Assembly: GCF_006345805.1 (NCBI RefSeq)
Contig: NC_043015.1
Span: 47,740,001-47,804,000 of the forward strand
Length of the DNA stretch: 64,000 bases
Source: Octopus sinensis
Lineage: Eukaryota
Reading direction: 5' to 3'
Shown: one piece after another, positions 27,268-40,184 of the stretch
Numbering within the stretch: the stretch's first letter is position 1
Layout: each line of letters begins with the position of its first letter
Program-made: the position numbers and the translations under genes
The notes under the pieces: model-generated
What the model was told of the DNA's origin: nothing
Databases searched by the model: none
What the model saw: only the letters and a program-made list of their open reading frames with translations

Positions 27268-27879
27268 GGCGATTTCGTTTCGCCTGGTTCTGAAGTATAT
27301 TTTGTTTTAACACAATACGTCTACAAAGGGATTTTTCTCGGACGAAAAACTGCAGCCTCTGGATTTTTCAATGACACACATATATTAACTATGTTATATA
27401 TATATATAAAAAAAGATTTTACTCTAAAGCAGCTTCTATTGCATAATTAGAATTTTATTCTGCTCAAGCAGCGGCGATTTCGTTTCGCCTGGTTCTGAAG
27501 TATATTTTGTTTTAACACAATACGTCTACAAAGGGATTTTTCTCGGACGAAAAACTGCAGCCTCTGGATTTTTCAATGACACACATATATTAACTATGTT
27601 ATATAGAAAAAAAAAAGATTTTACTCTAAAGCAGCTTCTATTGCATAATTAGAATTTTATTCTGCTCAAGCAGCGGCGATTTCGTTTCGCCTAGTTCTGA
27701 AGTATATCTTGTTTTAACACAATACGTCTACAAAGGGATTTATCTCGGACGAAAAACTGCAGCCTCTGGATTTTTAGTGACACACATATGTTAACTATGT
27801 TATATATATAAAAAAAAAAAGATTTTACTCTAAAGCAGCTTCTATTGCATAATTAGAATTTTATTCTGCTTAAGCAGCG
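27268..27879. repeat. Three tandem ~203-bp units
   Basis: GGCGATTTCGTTTCGCCTGG... starts at 27268, 27473 and 27675. Confidence 0.95.
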
Positions 27880-28032
27880 TCATTTCTACTTCTATATACT
27901 TCATACTGGTTGATTCGATCTTGTTTCGGAAGCGACACGTGTACGTGACATTGTCAAGGACAACAACGGCAAAATAGCTATCTGTCGGTCTTGCAGTCGC
28001 TTCCGGAGCGAATTTCGTCTTGAATTTTGTTA

Positions 28033-28439
28033 GGATCTTTTCGGTTTGAACGGCAGTTTTTTCTAGCGGTGTCATATGAAATTGTAACCCATAATTATGA
28101 CCCTAGTATCGATCTATTGCATTTTAATCTCTTTTAGGGTTAGGGGTGGGGGGAAGGGTATCTTTTTTTCTTCACAAATGTAAATAAACCCAATCTGTTT
28201 CTTAAACGAGGGACATATTCATACGGCACAGAATGTTTTACCTCAATAGACGTCATTGATTCGTTGAAATTGCAGAAATTGAAGAAAAAACAATAAATAT
28301 CTTACAAACCATAGAATTTTCTCAATAAAGCCAATAGAAAAAGATGTTTTATAAACACATTCTACCAGTATACGAAGTTTAACATTTTTTAGTTACCTAG
28401 AAATTATGTTAAAAACTGCCGTTCAAACCGAAAAGATCC
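28033..28439. mobile_element. GGATC-TIR MITE, copy 3
   Basis: Perfect 8-bp TSD TTTTGTTA. Confidence 0.95.
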
Positions 28440-28938
28440 TTTTGTTACAAGTATTGTATAAAGAACGGATCAACAAAATAATATAATTTTCTAATGGCAA
28501 AAGAACTCAGTTTTTCATTCGTGTGTTTTCTATTGCATCCTTGTTTGATTTCTTTCCTCTCTGTAATGATGTCTGTTATTTGAAGGTTATTATCGTCAGC
28601 ATTGTAGGGTGAAATTTTCCTTGACAAAACATTTGTTGACACCTTGTAACATTTGTACCAAGATTCATTCTATTAAAGCAACTCAGTTAAATTAGTTAAG
28701 GGTAGACATTACATGGAACGGATTTCTATTGGAAAGTACATCTTTTGATAATGGTTGATAAATTTTTAGAGTTCCTTCTTTACTTCAGGTATGTATACTG
28801 CACCTGCTTATTATCAGAACCGCCTTGAAGATGTGGGGGAAAATTCCGTGCAGTACTTCCTTCGGCTCTTTAAGTTATGAGTTCAAATCCCGCCGAGATT
28901 AACTTTGCTTTTCATCCTTTTAGGGTCAGTAAATAAAG

Positions 28939-29378
28939 GGATCTTTTCGGTTTGAACGGCAGTTTTTTTTTTATAATTTCCACGTAACTAAACACTTTTA
29001 AACTTCGTGTAGTGGTAGAATGTGTTTATAAAACATCTTTTTCTCTTGGCTTTATTGAGAAAATTCTATGGTTTGTAAGATATTTGTTGTTTTTTTCTTC
29101 AATTTCTGCAATTTCAACCAATCAATGACGTCTATTGAGCTGAAAACATTCTGTGCCGTATGAATATGTCCCTCGTTTAAGAAACAGATTGGGTTTATTT
29201 ACATTTGTGATGAAAAAAGATACCCTTCCTCCACCCTTAACCCTAACCCTAACTAACCCTAAATAACCCTAACCATAAAACAGATTTAAATGCAATATAT
29301 CGATACTAGGGTCATAATTATGGGTGACAATTTTATATGACACCGCTAGAAAAAACTGCCGTTCAAACCGAAATATTC
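28939..29378. mobile_element. GGATC-TIR MITE, copy 4 (inside a family B SINE)
   Basis: TSD AAATAAAG/AAATAAAA, internal (TAACCC)n. Confidence 0.9.
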
Positions 29379-29840
29379 AAATAAAATACCAATCAAGTAT
29401 TTGAATATATTTAATCGACTAATCTATCCCGTAGGTTATTAGTACTACCTAATGTATTATAAAGAAGTATATACAGATCGAGGACCCACAGAAATCATAC
29501 TGCTGGTTGCTCACAAAGAAAATACATTCTAGGTATGGTCTGATCGTTTACCACTATTTCCATCTCCGTGCGTTTGTTAATTTAAAATCCTATTCGTACA
29601 AATCAATGCATGTTTTGTTTATCAATGTCTATATTGGAACAAATATTTTATATTTAGCTCGGAACACCTGAGGTATTCATCACTGAGGAGACGAAATCAG
29701 TCCAAAACATTGCGTCTGTTTTGCCTTTCATTCTTTCCGGTACGATAAAATAAATACCAGTAAAGCACTGGGATCGATATAATCGATTATCCCTCTCATC
29801 CAAAATTTCAGGCATTGTGATCATAATGGAAAGAAATATA

Positions 29841-30139
29841 GTTCTATATTTAAGAGATGAGGAATCATGTACATTATTTACATTATTTACATTTGACGGA
29901 TATTTGTCCTCATCTTGTTTGTTGTTGACACAACGTTTCGGCTGATACACCTTCAAGCCTTCATCAGGTGTCTTGGGGAAATTTTGAACCTGGGTTCTCA
30001 TTCCTGAGTTCTCATTCCAGTAACTCTTCTTATATATCCTAGGAATGAAGGCTGGAGGGTATATCAGCTGAAATGTTGTGTTAACAACAAACAAGATGAA
30101 GACAAATATCCGTCAAATGTCAATAATGTAAAAAATGTA
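29841..30139. mobile_element. Inverted pair of hammerhead-bearing Penelope-like tails with 12-bp TSD
   Basis: TSD GAAAGAAATATA at 29829-29840 and 30140-30151. A minus-strand copy plus a truncated plus-strand copy of the sequence also present at 51298-51811. Confidence 0.85.
29927..29972 (-). ncRNA. Minimal type I hammerhead motif
   Basis: Minus strand: GACAC-CTGATGA-A-GGCT(12 nt)AGCC-GAAACGTT-GTGTC. Confidence 0.8.
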
Positions 30140-30674
30140 GAAAGAAATATATCCAAATCTTTTCGTTTCAAGTATATACAAACAATTAGACCTAACTGGT
30201 GTCACATTCTCAGCGGTTGTGTCGAACATGAAGGTGTTGGGGCAATAATGCTGTTCCCTATTTCATACTTCAATCAATTTTTAACATTTTTCTCCGTCAC
30301 TTATTTTTCGGGTGATTCGATTGTTTTCCAGAAAGTTCCAATCAAAGATTGGTTTGTCTATATATATATATAAAAACTATTTAGTAATGCGTTGTCAATA
30401 ATCTCGCATTCACACAAATACACATACATATGTACGTATATCGTTTGCTTCTTTCAGTCATTGGACTGCGGCCATGCTGGAGTACAGTCTTGATGTGTTG
30501 TAAGTCGAACAAATTGCCCCCACACAGTTTCCCTCAACGAAATTCACTCGCAAGGCATTGGTCTGCACAAGGCTGGCTACTAGTAAGAGACACTTGCTCA
30601 AGGTGCCGTGCAGTGGGACTGAACGCGGAACCACGGAGTAGCACGGCGAGCTTCTTAAGCACACAGCCATGCAA

Positions 30675-31010
30675 ATGCATACATACATACATACATACAT
30701 GCATGCATGCATGCATGCATGCATGCATACATACATACATACATACATACATACATACATGCATACAAACATACAAACATACATACATGCATACATACTT
30801 ATATAAAAACATGCATGCCAAAATACATGCGCACACAGACACATAGATACATAGATACACACATACATACGTACATACATACATACATACATACATACAT
30901 ACATACATACATACATACATACATACATAAATGCATACATACATACATACATACATACATACATACCTACATACATACATACATGCATACATACATGCAT
31001 ACATGTATGC
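30675..31010. repeat. (ATAC)n/(ATGC)n microsatellite
   Basis: Directly visible. Confidence 0.95.
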
Positions 31011-31447
31011 ACTCATAGATACATAAACAGATATGTGTGTGCGTATGTGGGGTGAGTAAAGGGTACATCATTATTTAATATTATTCTACATATGTACCGA
31101 CTGATAAACAGCTAAAATGACAAACAGGCTGCTTTGCATATGCAAATAGGCAGATATAATGGAGTTACAATATATTACATGCCATGCCAACTGAAGCTAT
31201 TTCAATCAACTCAAAAACAAAAGCGTACGTACACGCATACACACACAGGGATAGAAACGTAGGTATGTGTGTATCTGCGCACACACACACACATACATAT
31301 GCATATATGTGTGTGAGTGTGTGTGTGTATGTATGTGTATGCATATAAGTATATGTATGTAAACATGTATATCTATATATATATACACACACACACTTAT
31401 ATATACATACATATGTATACATGTATGCATATATATATATGTATATG

Positions 31448-31480
<33 letters not shown>

Positions 31481-31502
31481 TGACAGAGAGAGAGAGGGGG
31501 AG

Positions 31503-31917
<415 letters not shown>

Positions 31918-33846
31918 TCTCGTCTTACATTTTCAATAAACAAATAGAAGGAATGTCATCAAGGAAGTGAATGTTACAATACCCACATTTCTCTGCTGCT
32001 TTTCCAATCCACTGATCAATGGCGACATCATGTGAATTCAATTCTCTGTTTTATTAGCCTTCATTGCTATATTTCCACTTCGTCACAGAAGCGTTTTTTG
32101 CTTCTCTTTTCCTTTCTCTATTCTTCGTATGAATAATTACCATTTTGTTTCAATAATTTAACGTGCAAAAGAAAACAATATAATTGAAACGATGTTATTA
32201 AAAGACAGAAAAAGAATTGAGATAAAACTACACAAAAGCCAGCTGCTATTTGGTGGAATCTCAGAGACAAACAACAAGATGGAGATTTTTGCTATGCGTT
32301 TATTTCCAATGTAATGCAACAAACTTTGTTTTATACTTTTCCTTTATTGTATTATTGTATGTTCTATCTTCGAATTTCAGATGTCAAATTTCCTTTTCAA
32401 CTAATATATTTATTTCTGTTATGTATTTCCATGGCTTTTATATACTTTCGCTTGTATTCTTTCATAGCTGTACGCCAGAGTCTTTTTTCCCCGTTTTTGT
32501 CTTGCCTCGTCCTTCAAAACAATGGATTACCTGCTGTCGACATTCCTAATAACTGGAAGGTCAATTGAAAATTGTGTTGTTTGTTTCAGTTATAAATATT
32601 ATAATTCTAAACTAATTGAAAAATATTGTTTGTTTCAAAGGTAAACCTTTCCCATATCATGGTTGTAAAGTTTACCATTTCTGTGTATCTTTAATTTTGT
32701 TGTTGTTGTTGTTGTTAGTATGATATTTTTTGTTGCTGCCATCTTATTGTTTGCTCTTTTTCAAGAATACAATCCATTTTGTTTTGTCTGTATTATGGGC
32801 AAAACTTTTGGCAAAAAAGCGCGAAGAAATCTTTTTATTTTATTTAATCATTTTTCCTTTAATAGTTGGTCAAATGTTTCAATCAGTTTTAATCTCCATT
32901 GAAGGAATATATTGAACTTGAAAATGGTCTCCTCGTAAACATGGCCAGACATATTGTGTTTCCCCAAGACAGAGGAACGGCGAGAAACTAAAGTATGCAA
33001 CGGTAAGAGAGGAAATTGAGGTAATATTGTTTTTGCAAGTAACAGCGGGAATAACAAGGGAAACTTCTGAAGCGGTGTCTACAGCGACAGGAATAAAGAA
33101 CTTAATATGGTGGTCGAGGAAGGGAAGATGCAATAACAAACCGAACAATGGCAGAAACAACGAATTCTAACGGCAGCAACTGAACAAGAACGATGATAAT
33201 CAACAACAATGTCATCGGCAGTCAATATCGGTTTCAAATTTTGGTACAAGGCCAGCAGTTTCAGAGAAGGGGATAAGTCGGTTACATCAACTCCAGAGTT
33301 CAACTGGTACTTTTTTTATCGACCCAGAATAAAGGATGACAGGCAAAGTCGACCTCAGCGGAATTTGAACTCAGAACGTGCAGACGGACGATATGCCGCT
33401 AAGCATTTTGTCCGGTCTGCTAACGATTCTGCCAGCTAGTCTCTTTTGATAAATTAAACGAATATCGTCAATATTAACAATAGCAAGGCAACAAGCTTGG
33501 CAGAATCGTTAGCACGCCGGGCAAAATTTTTCGTACGTTCTGAGTTCAAATTCCGCAGAGGTCGACCTTGCTTTTCATCCTTTCTGGGTCGATAAAATAA
33601 GTACCAGTTGAATACTGGGGTCGATGTAATTTACTTACCCACCCACCCGAACTTGCTGGCCTTCTACCAAAATTTGAAACCAGTATTAACAGTAACAAGG
33701 TAACGAACTGGCAGAATCGTTAGCACGTGGGACAAAATGCTTAGCAGCATTTCGTCCGTCTTTACGTTCTGAGTTCAAATTTCGTCGAGGTCGACTTTGC
33801 TTTTCATCTTCTCGGGGGTCGATAAAATAAGTACCATTTGAGTACT

Positions 33847-34190
33847 TTCTTCGTCTTCTTAATCCTTTTTGCCCCTTGTGGAGCATACGGCCTCAACAGT
33901 TTTCCACTTTTTGCGGTCGTTGGCGTGTTTCTTGGCTGCTTCCCATGTCAGGCCGGTTGTCCTGAGCTCGTCCAAAATGCTCCGCTTCCATGTCTGCTTG
34001 GGGCGTCCTCGCCTTCTTTTCCCCTGCGGGTTCCAGTCAAGTGCTTGTCGTGTCACATTTGAGGGTTTTTCCGCAGTGTGTGTCCGATCCATCTCCATCT
34101 CCTTCGTCTAATCTGAACATGTATGAGCTCGTGGTTGGCCCTTTCCAACAGGTCGGTGTTTGGCACTCTGTCGAACCAGTTGCGTTCTAG
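33847..34190 (-). mobile_element. 3' end of an RTE-clade LINE inserted in a SINE
   Basis: IRRRRWRWIGHTLRK..VTRQALDWNPQGKRRRGRPKQTWKRS...GLTWEAAKKHANDRKKW. Confidence 0.85.
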
Positions 34191-34359
34191 AACCTATGAA
34201 ATCGAGTTACCCTCACCCCTGAAATTGCTGGCCTTGTGCCAAAATTTGAAATCAGTATTAACCAGTAGCAATCACAAGAGCTCAAGCAACAACAAAGTAT
34301 AATGTAATGCTAACAAAACCAACAGCCATAACGTTGCACAACAAGCTGTAACGTAATTT

Positions 34360-34760
34360 ATTACCCTTTCTACAGCAAGCACAAGGCCTAAAGTTTGGGA
34401 GAAGGGATTAAGTCGATTACATCGACCCCAGAGCATAACTGGTACTTATTTAATCGACCCCGAAAGGATGAAAGGCAAAGTCGACCTCGCCGGAATTTGA
34501 ACTCAGAACGTAGCGACAGACGAAATACCTATTTCTTTATTACCCACAAGGGGCTAAACACAGAGGGGACAAACAAGGACAGACATAGGTATTAAGTCGA
34601 TTACGTCGACCCCAGTGCGTAACTGGTACTTAATTTATCGACCCCGAAAGGATGAAAGGCAAAGTCGACCTCGGCGGAATTTGAACTCACAACGTAACGG
34701 CAGCCGAAATACCGCTAAGCATTTCGCCCGACGTGCTAACGTTTCTGCCAGCTCGCCGCA
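34360..34760 (-). mobile_element. Family B SINE dimer
   Basis: TSD TGTAACGTAATTT on both sides, internal tail-to-core junction near 34530. Confidence 0.9.
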
Positions 34761-36515
34761 TTGTAACGTAATTTAGAATAACAATCGAATTTTGTCGATA
34801 AGAAGATAGGATAGACTAAAACAGCTATTTTAAAATGGAGTCCATATGACTCTTGGGAGTCCGCATAAGATTTTGTCGTTAAAGTTTATGAAAAATAAAT
34901 CTATTATATTTTTTCTTTTATTCTTTTACTTGTTTCAGTCATTTGACTGCGTCCATGCTGGAGCACTGCCTTTAGTCGAGCAAATCGACCCCAGGACTTA
35001 TTCTTTGTAAGCCTAGTACTTATTCTATCGGTCTCTTTTACCGAACCGCTAAGTTAAAATGCCGCGTAGTGTCAATAAACCCGAAACGACTCCGTTGCGA
35101 AGCAAACTTCATAACTAATTTGCATAATTAAGAATGAAAATACAAAGAACTAAGGAAAATAACTCGAAGTGGCTAATGATATCAGTCTTGTAATAATTCT
35201 GCTTGTCATTACGTTACTTAGCCCGTCAGTAACGCTTTCACGTTATTAGAGAAAAAGAAGAAAGAAAAGCGTCCATGACGTGAGGTAGAGGGAACGTAAT
35301 TGTTATGCTTTCACGTTATTAGTTGAAGAGAAAGAGAGGACAAGGGAAAGAAGGAGGAGAGAGAGAAAGCGGATAAGGCGAAGAGTGAGGCAGAAAGAAA
35401 GAGAAAGAAAAAGAGGGAGATTGAAAAGACGACGAGAGAAGCGTCCATAACGTGTGGTAGGGGGGGCGTAATATTTATTACGTGATTGCAAAAGATAGTT
35501 GAAGGTAATGATATAGAGGAGAGTTTGGAATATAATTTTAGCAGAGGGGTGATGTTCTGATTGGGAGATTAAAGAAAGGCAGAGAGAGAGAGAGTGATGA
35601 TAGTCGTGGGGGTGATGGTGATAGTAGTGGCGGCAGCGGCGGCGGTAGTGGTGGTGGTGGTGGTTGTGGTGGTGGTGATGGTGGCGGCGATGGTGAGTGC
35701 ATAGTGTAAAGTTTTTTTAAAATTGAATTAAGTTTTTTATATCACCTATCACTTAACGCATGCACATCCCAAACTACCATTCACTAGTTTCCCGTTCGTC
35801 TATCATATGCAATGACAATCAATATATTACAAGGGCGGACGTTTGATAAAGTGGGGCTGTTCTTGCCTGAACCTGTATTCGGCCACGGTCAGTTATAAGT
35901 TGCATTCGCAGTTATATGTTGCTTTCCCTATTATATCACAATAAAATTTGATATTTATGTATGTAGATGTTTATAACGTAAGAATTGTGTAACCAGATTA
36001 GACTAATCTTTACATTCACCTCTCCTTCCTAAATACGCTGTCTGGACATTATCTGATGTAAGAGTTAAAGTTATCAACACTGACAAACTAGAGAAAATAA
36101 GAGGGAGAATTTACATGAGGAACATAGTCTGCAAAGAAGTATTGGATTGACAGGTGTACGTAAATTGAAAAAGGCTTTGGCTCTGACCCATTACCTTTGC
36201 TTATAAGTTACCAACGATATGGTTTTCAGAGTATGCCATGTTGCATTAAATTTTTACCCCCGTAAAATTGTGATCCCTGTATTTTACATATAAAATGATT
36301 TTTTTTACTATAAAAATTTTGTCTTCTAAATATGAAATTGCGACCATGTAAATTTTAAAATGTAATTTTTTCTGTTTATAGGGGAAATGGAAAATTAAGA
36401 GTGAATATTTATTTTATGAGTGCTGTGTATTAAGTCTATAAAATTGTACATAGAGTACATAAAGTATATATATATAAAGAGCATTGAGTAATCATTGTTT
36501 TCCAATTTCCTTCAC

Positions 36516-36961
36516 GGATCTTTTCGGTTTGAACGGCAGTTTTTTCTAGTGGTGTCATATGAAATTGTCACCCATAATTATGACCCTAGTATCGATCTAT
36601 TGCATTTCAATCTATTTTAGGGTTAGGGTTACAGTTAGGGTTAGTTAGGGTTAGGATTAGGGGTGGGGGGAAGGGTATCTTTTTTTTCTTCACAAATGTA
36701 AATAAACCCAATCTGTTTCTTAAACGAGGGACATATTCATACGGCACAGAATGTTTTCACCTCAATAGACGTCATTGATTGGTTGAAATTGCAGAAATTG
36801 AAGTAAAAAACCAACAAATATCTTACAAACTATAGAATTTTCTCAATAAAGGCAAGAGAAAAAGATGTTTTATAAACACATTCTACCAGTATACGAAGTT
36901 TAAAAGTGTTTAGTTACGTGGAAATTATTTTTAAAAACTGCCGTTCAAACCGAAAAGATCC
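36516..36961. mobile_element. GGATC-TIR MITE, copy 5
   Basis: Intact TIRs and TTAGGG-like array, flanked by a ~105-bp direct duplication. Confidence 0.95.
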
Positions 36962-37014
36962 ATTTTATGAGTGCTGTGTATTAAGTCTATAAAATTGTAC
37001 GTAGAGTATATAAA

Positions 37015-37076
<62 letters not shown>

Positions 37077-37325
37077 TATATATATAATATATATATATAT
37101 ATAAAGAGCATTAAGTAATCATTGTTTTCCAATTTCCTTCACTTTTCAATGAATAGCAGATGAGCGACTATCCATACAGACACAACACAGGCGACGCTTT
37201 CGGGCTTTTTGGATAACATTTTTAGAAATGACTCAATAGGTTTACTATTAATTCCGTGAAATATTTTCGGATACCGCTAGTCTTATAATGATTCTGCTTG
37301 TCCATTACGTTACTTAGACGTCGGT

Positions 37326-38130
37326 AACGCTTTCACGTGATTAGAGAAAAAGAGGGAGAGGGAAAAGGAGAAATAGAGGGAGGGAGGGAGAAAAGAAGGG
37401 GAGAGAAGCGTCCACGACGTGAGGTAGAGGGAATGTAATTATTACGCTTTCACGTGATTAGTTGAAGGGAAAGCGGGGAGAAAGGCAAAGGAGAGAGAAA
37501 GAGAGGATAAGGCGAAGAGTGAGACAGAAAGAGAGAGAGAAAGAAAAAAGAGGGAGGGAGAAAAAGAAGGAGAGAGAAGCGTCCATGACGTGAGGTAGAG
37601 GGAATGTAATTATTACGCTTTCACGTGATTAGTTGACGGGAAAGCGGGGGGGGGAAGGAGAGAGAAAGAGAGGATAAGGCGAGGAGTGAGACAGAAAGAG
37701 AGAGAGAAAGAAAAAAGAAGGAGGGAGAAAAAGAAGGAGAGAGGAGCGTCGATGGCGTGAGGTAGAGGGAATGTAATTATTACGCTTTCACGTGATTAGT
37801 TGACGGGAAAGCGGGGAGAAAGGAAAAGGAGAGAGAAAGAGAGGATAAGGCGAGGAGTGAGACAGAAAGAGAGAGAGAAAGAAAAAAGGAGGGAGAAAAA
37901 GAAGGAGAGAGAAGCGTCGATGACGTGAGGTAGAAGGAATGTAATTATTACGCTTTCACGTGATTAGTTGACGGGAAAGCGGGGAGAAAGGAAAAGGAGA
38001 GAGAAAGAGAGGATAAGGCGAAGAGTGAGACAGAAAGAGGGAGAAAGAAAAAAGAGGGAGAGAGAAGTTTCCATGATGTGAGGTAGGGAGAAGCGTAATA
38101 TTTATTACGTGGTTTAAAAAAATTAGTTGA
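37326..38130. repeat. ~168-bp purine-rich tandem repeat inside a dispersed element
   Basis: TTACGCTTTCACGTGATTAGTTG at ~37442, 37613, 37780 and 37948. A homologous element with a single unit lies at ~35183-35505. Confidence 0.9.
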
Positions 38131-38499
38131 ATGTAGGAAAGGAGAGGTTTTTTTTTTCTCTTTTGTTTCAGTCATTTGACCGCGGCCTTGCTGGAGCACC
38201 GCTTTTAGTCGAGCAAATCGACCCCAGGACTTATTCTTTGTAAGCCAAGTACTTATTCTATCGGTCTCTTTTGCCGAACCGCTATGTTACGGGGACGTAA
38301 ACGCACCAGCATCGGTTGTCAAGCGATGTTGGGGGGACAAACACGCACGCACACATACACGTACATACATACATACATACATACATACATACACACGTGC
38401 ATACATACATACATACATACATACATAATGAGAAAAAACCAAACAAATATCTTACTTTATTCCTCTGTCTTCCCTTCTCTGGATCTTTCCTTCTCCTAT

Positions 38500-38534
38500 G
38501 TTTCCGACGAAGAGCTCCGCTCGAAACGTTAAAC
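38500..38534 (+). ncRNA. Variant minimal hammerhead motif (CCGACGA core)
   Basis: GTTT-CCGACGA-A-GAGC(TCC)GCTC-GAAACGTT-AAAC. Same family as 1559 and 41555. Confidence 0.7.
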
Positions 38535-38632
38535 CCTCCTTCTTCCCTTCTTTCATGAGCGTCCAATAATACTATATTTGTTCCACATCCTCGCGTTGTT
38601 GTGTTTTTTTGTGTTTTTGTTTGGATTAACTT

Positions 38633-38710
<78 letters not shown>

Positions 38711-38780
38711 GTACTTGGAGAAGAAGACCGGAACGAAACGAATGAATCGAATCGAATGGACGCGAGGGCGCTGTCATACA

Positions 38781-39539
38781 ATAGTGTAATAAATAAAATA
38801 TATGCATACATACATACATATATGTACGTACCTACATCTACATGTATATATACATGCATATATAAATATATATACGTGAGTACAGGACACCACAATTAGA
38901 CGTAGAACTCAACGAGAAACGAAAGCGGAAAAACAAGCATGGAACAAACCATTTTTTTACAACAGAAAAACAGAGTACAAGACAAACTACACAAAGAAAA
39001 ATCCCCTTCATCAGCTGTCCCTACTTCAACTCTAGCGTGTTTCGAAGGTAGGACAGAACACGACTCCCCAAACTAGCCCTTCCTGCGAAAGCATTAAATA
39101 AAATTACTTCGCAGAGGGGTAAAAACAAAGAAAGAAAAAAAATGTAACACAAACAGGACGTAAAAATGATACAAATAAAAATACAAAATAAAATACAAGA
39201 TAAAAATACATGTACAAAAAAATACAATACGAGAAATAAAAAATAAACAAGAAAACTTAGACGAAGAAGATTCTGGCGAGCGCAAGGGAAAAAGTGTTTA
39301 CAGTTTGGAGGCCGCATGTAAAAAGGAAGTAATTGGCTGGCAGTGACACTCTGTTTTTATGTTGTAAAAAAATGGTTTGTTCCATGCTTGTTTTTCCGCT
39401 TTCGTTTTTCGTTGAGTTCTGCGTCTAATTGTGGTGTCCTGTACTCACGTATATATATTTATATATGCATGTATATATACATGTAGATGTAGGTACGTAC
39501 ATATATGTATGTATGCATATATTTTATTTATTACACTAT
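38781..39539. mobile_element. Penelope-like non-coding insertion with ~195-bp inverted arms
   Basis: 38781-38976 is the reverse complement of 39348-39539. It abuts (TA)n. Confidence 0.7.
39003..39062 (-). ncRNA. Candidate non-circularly permuted hammerhead ribozyme
   Basis: Minus strand: CGTGT-T-CTGTCCT-AC-CTTC-GAA-ACACG-(14 nt)-GGGACAG-CTGATGA-A-GGGG. Confidence 0.5.
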
Positions 39540-39689
39540 ATATATATATACATATGTATATATATATATATTTATATATATATATTATACATATATATAT
39601 ATACATATATATATATATACATATATATATATAATATATATATATATACATATATATATATTATATATATCTATATATATACATATATA

Positions 39690-39783
<94 letters not shown>

Positions 39784-39784
39784 G

Positions 39785-40184
39785 CAGGGCCGGGTTAAAA
39801 CCTACAGTGGCCCTAAGTACTTGAAAGATTTTGGTGCACCGATATATACGCAATTCAAAATATACATATTTTCAAAATGAAAGAAAACCAACAGGAAGAT
39901 GGAAGATAATGTTTATTTTTGTATACTTCCACCTTATTTATATTTGAAAGGTTTTCTCCAACTTATTTTTGTAATTGCAATGTCTTTGATCAGATCCTCA
40001 AAATTAATCTCACATAACACACCTGCTTCTATAGTTAGTACAGATAAGGCAGCTCGAATATTATTTTAACAAGTATGAAGTGATTTCATTTGTGCCGTAA
40101 ACCATTTACAATTTCTCAGACACCCCTCTTTCCTTGGTGCCCCAAGCACGTGCCTATTTTGCTCAAACAGTTAATCCAGTGATG
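39785..40184 (-). mobile_element. Non-autonomous hAT element
   Basis: CAG-start imperfect TIRs, 8-bp TSD ATGAAATG/GTGAAACG, and a hAT dimerisation-domain relic ALSVLTIEAGVLCEINFEDLIKDIA on the minus strand. Confidence 0.75.

Noticed and set aside
32030-33200. Possible host exons (e.g. minus-strand ATGTCGACAGCAG|GTAAT near 32530)
   Set aside because: Only splice-like motifs, with no recognisable peptide. RNA-seq would be needed.
36616-36670. Telomere or chromosome-fusion site
   Set aside because: The TTAGGG units are short, degenerate and internal to a MITE.
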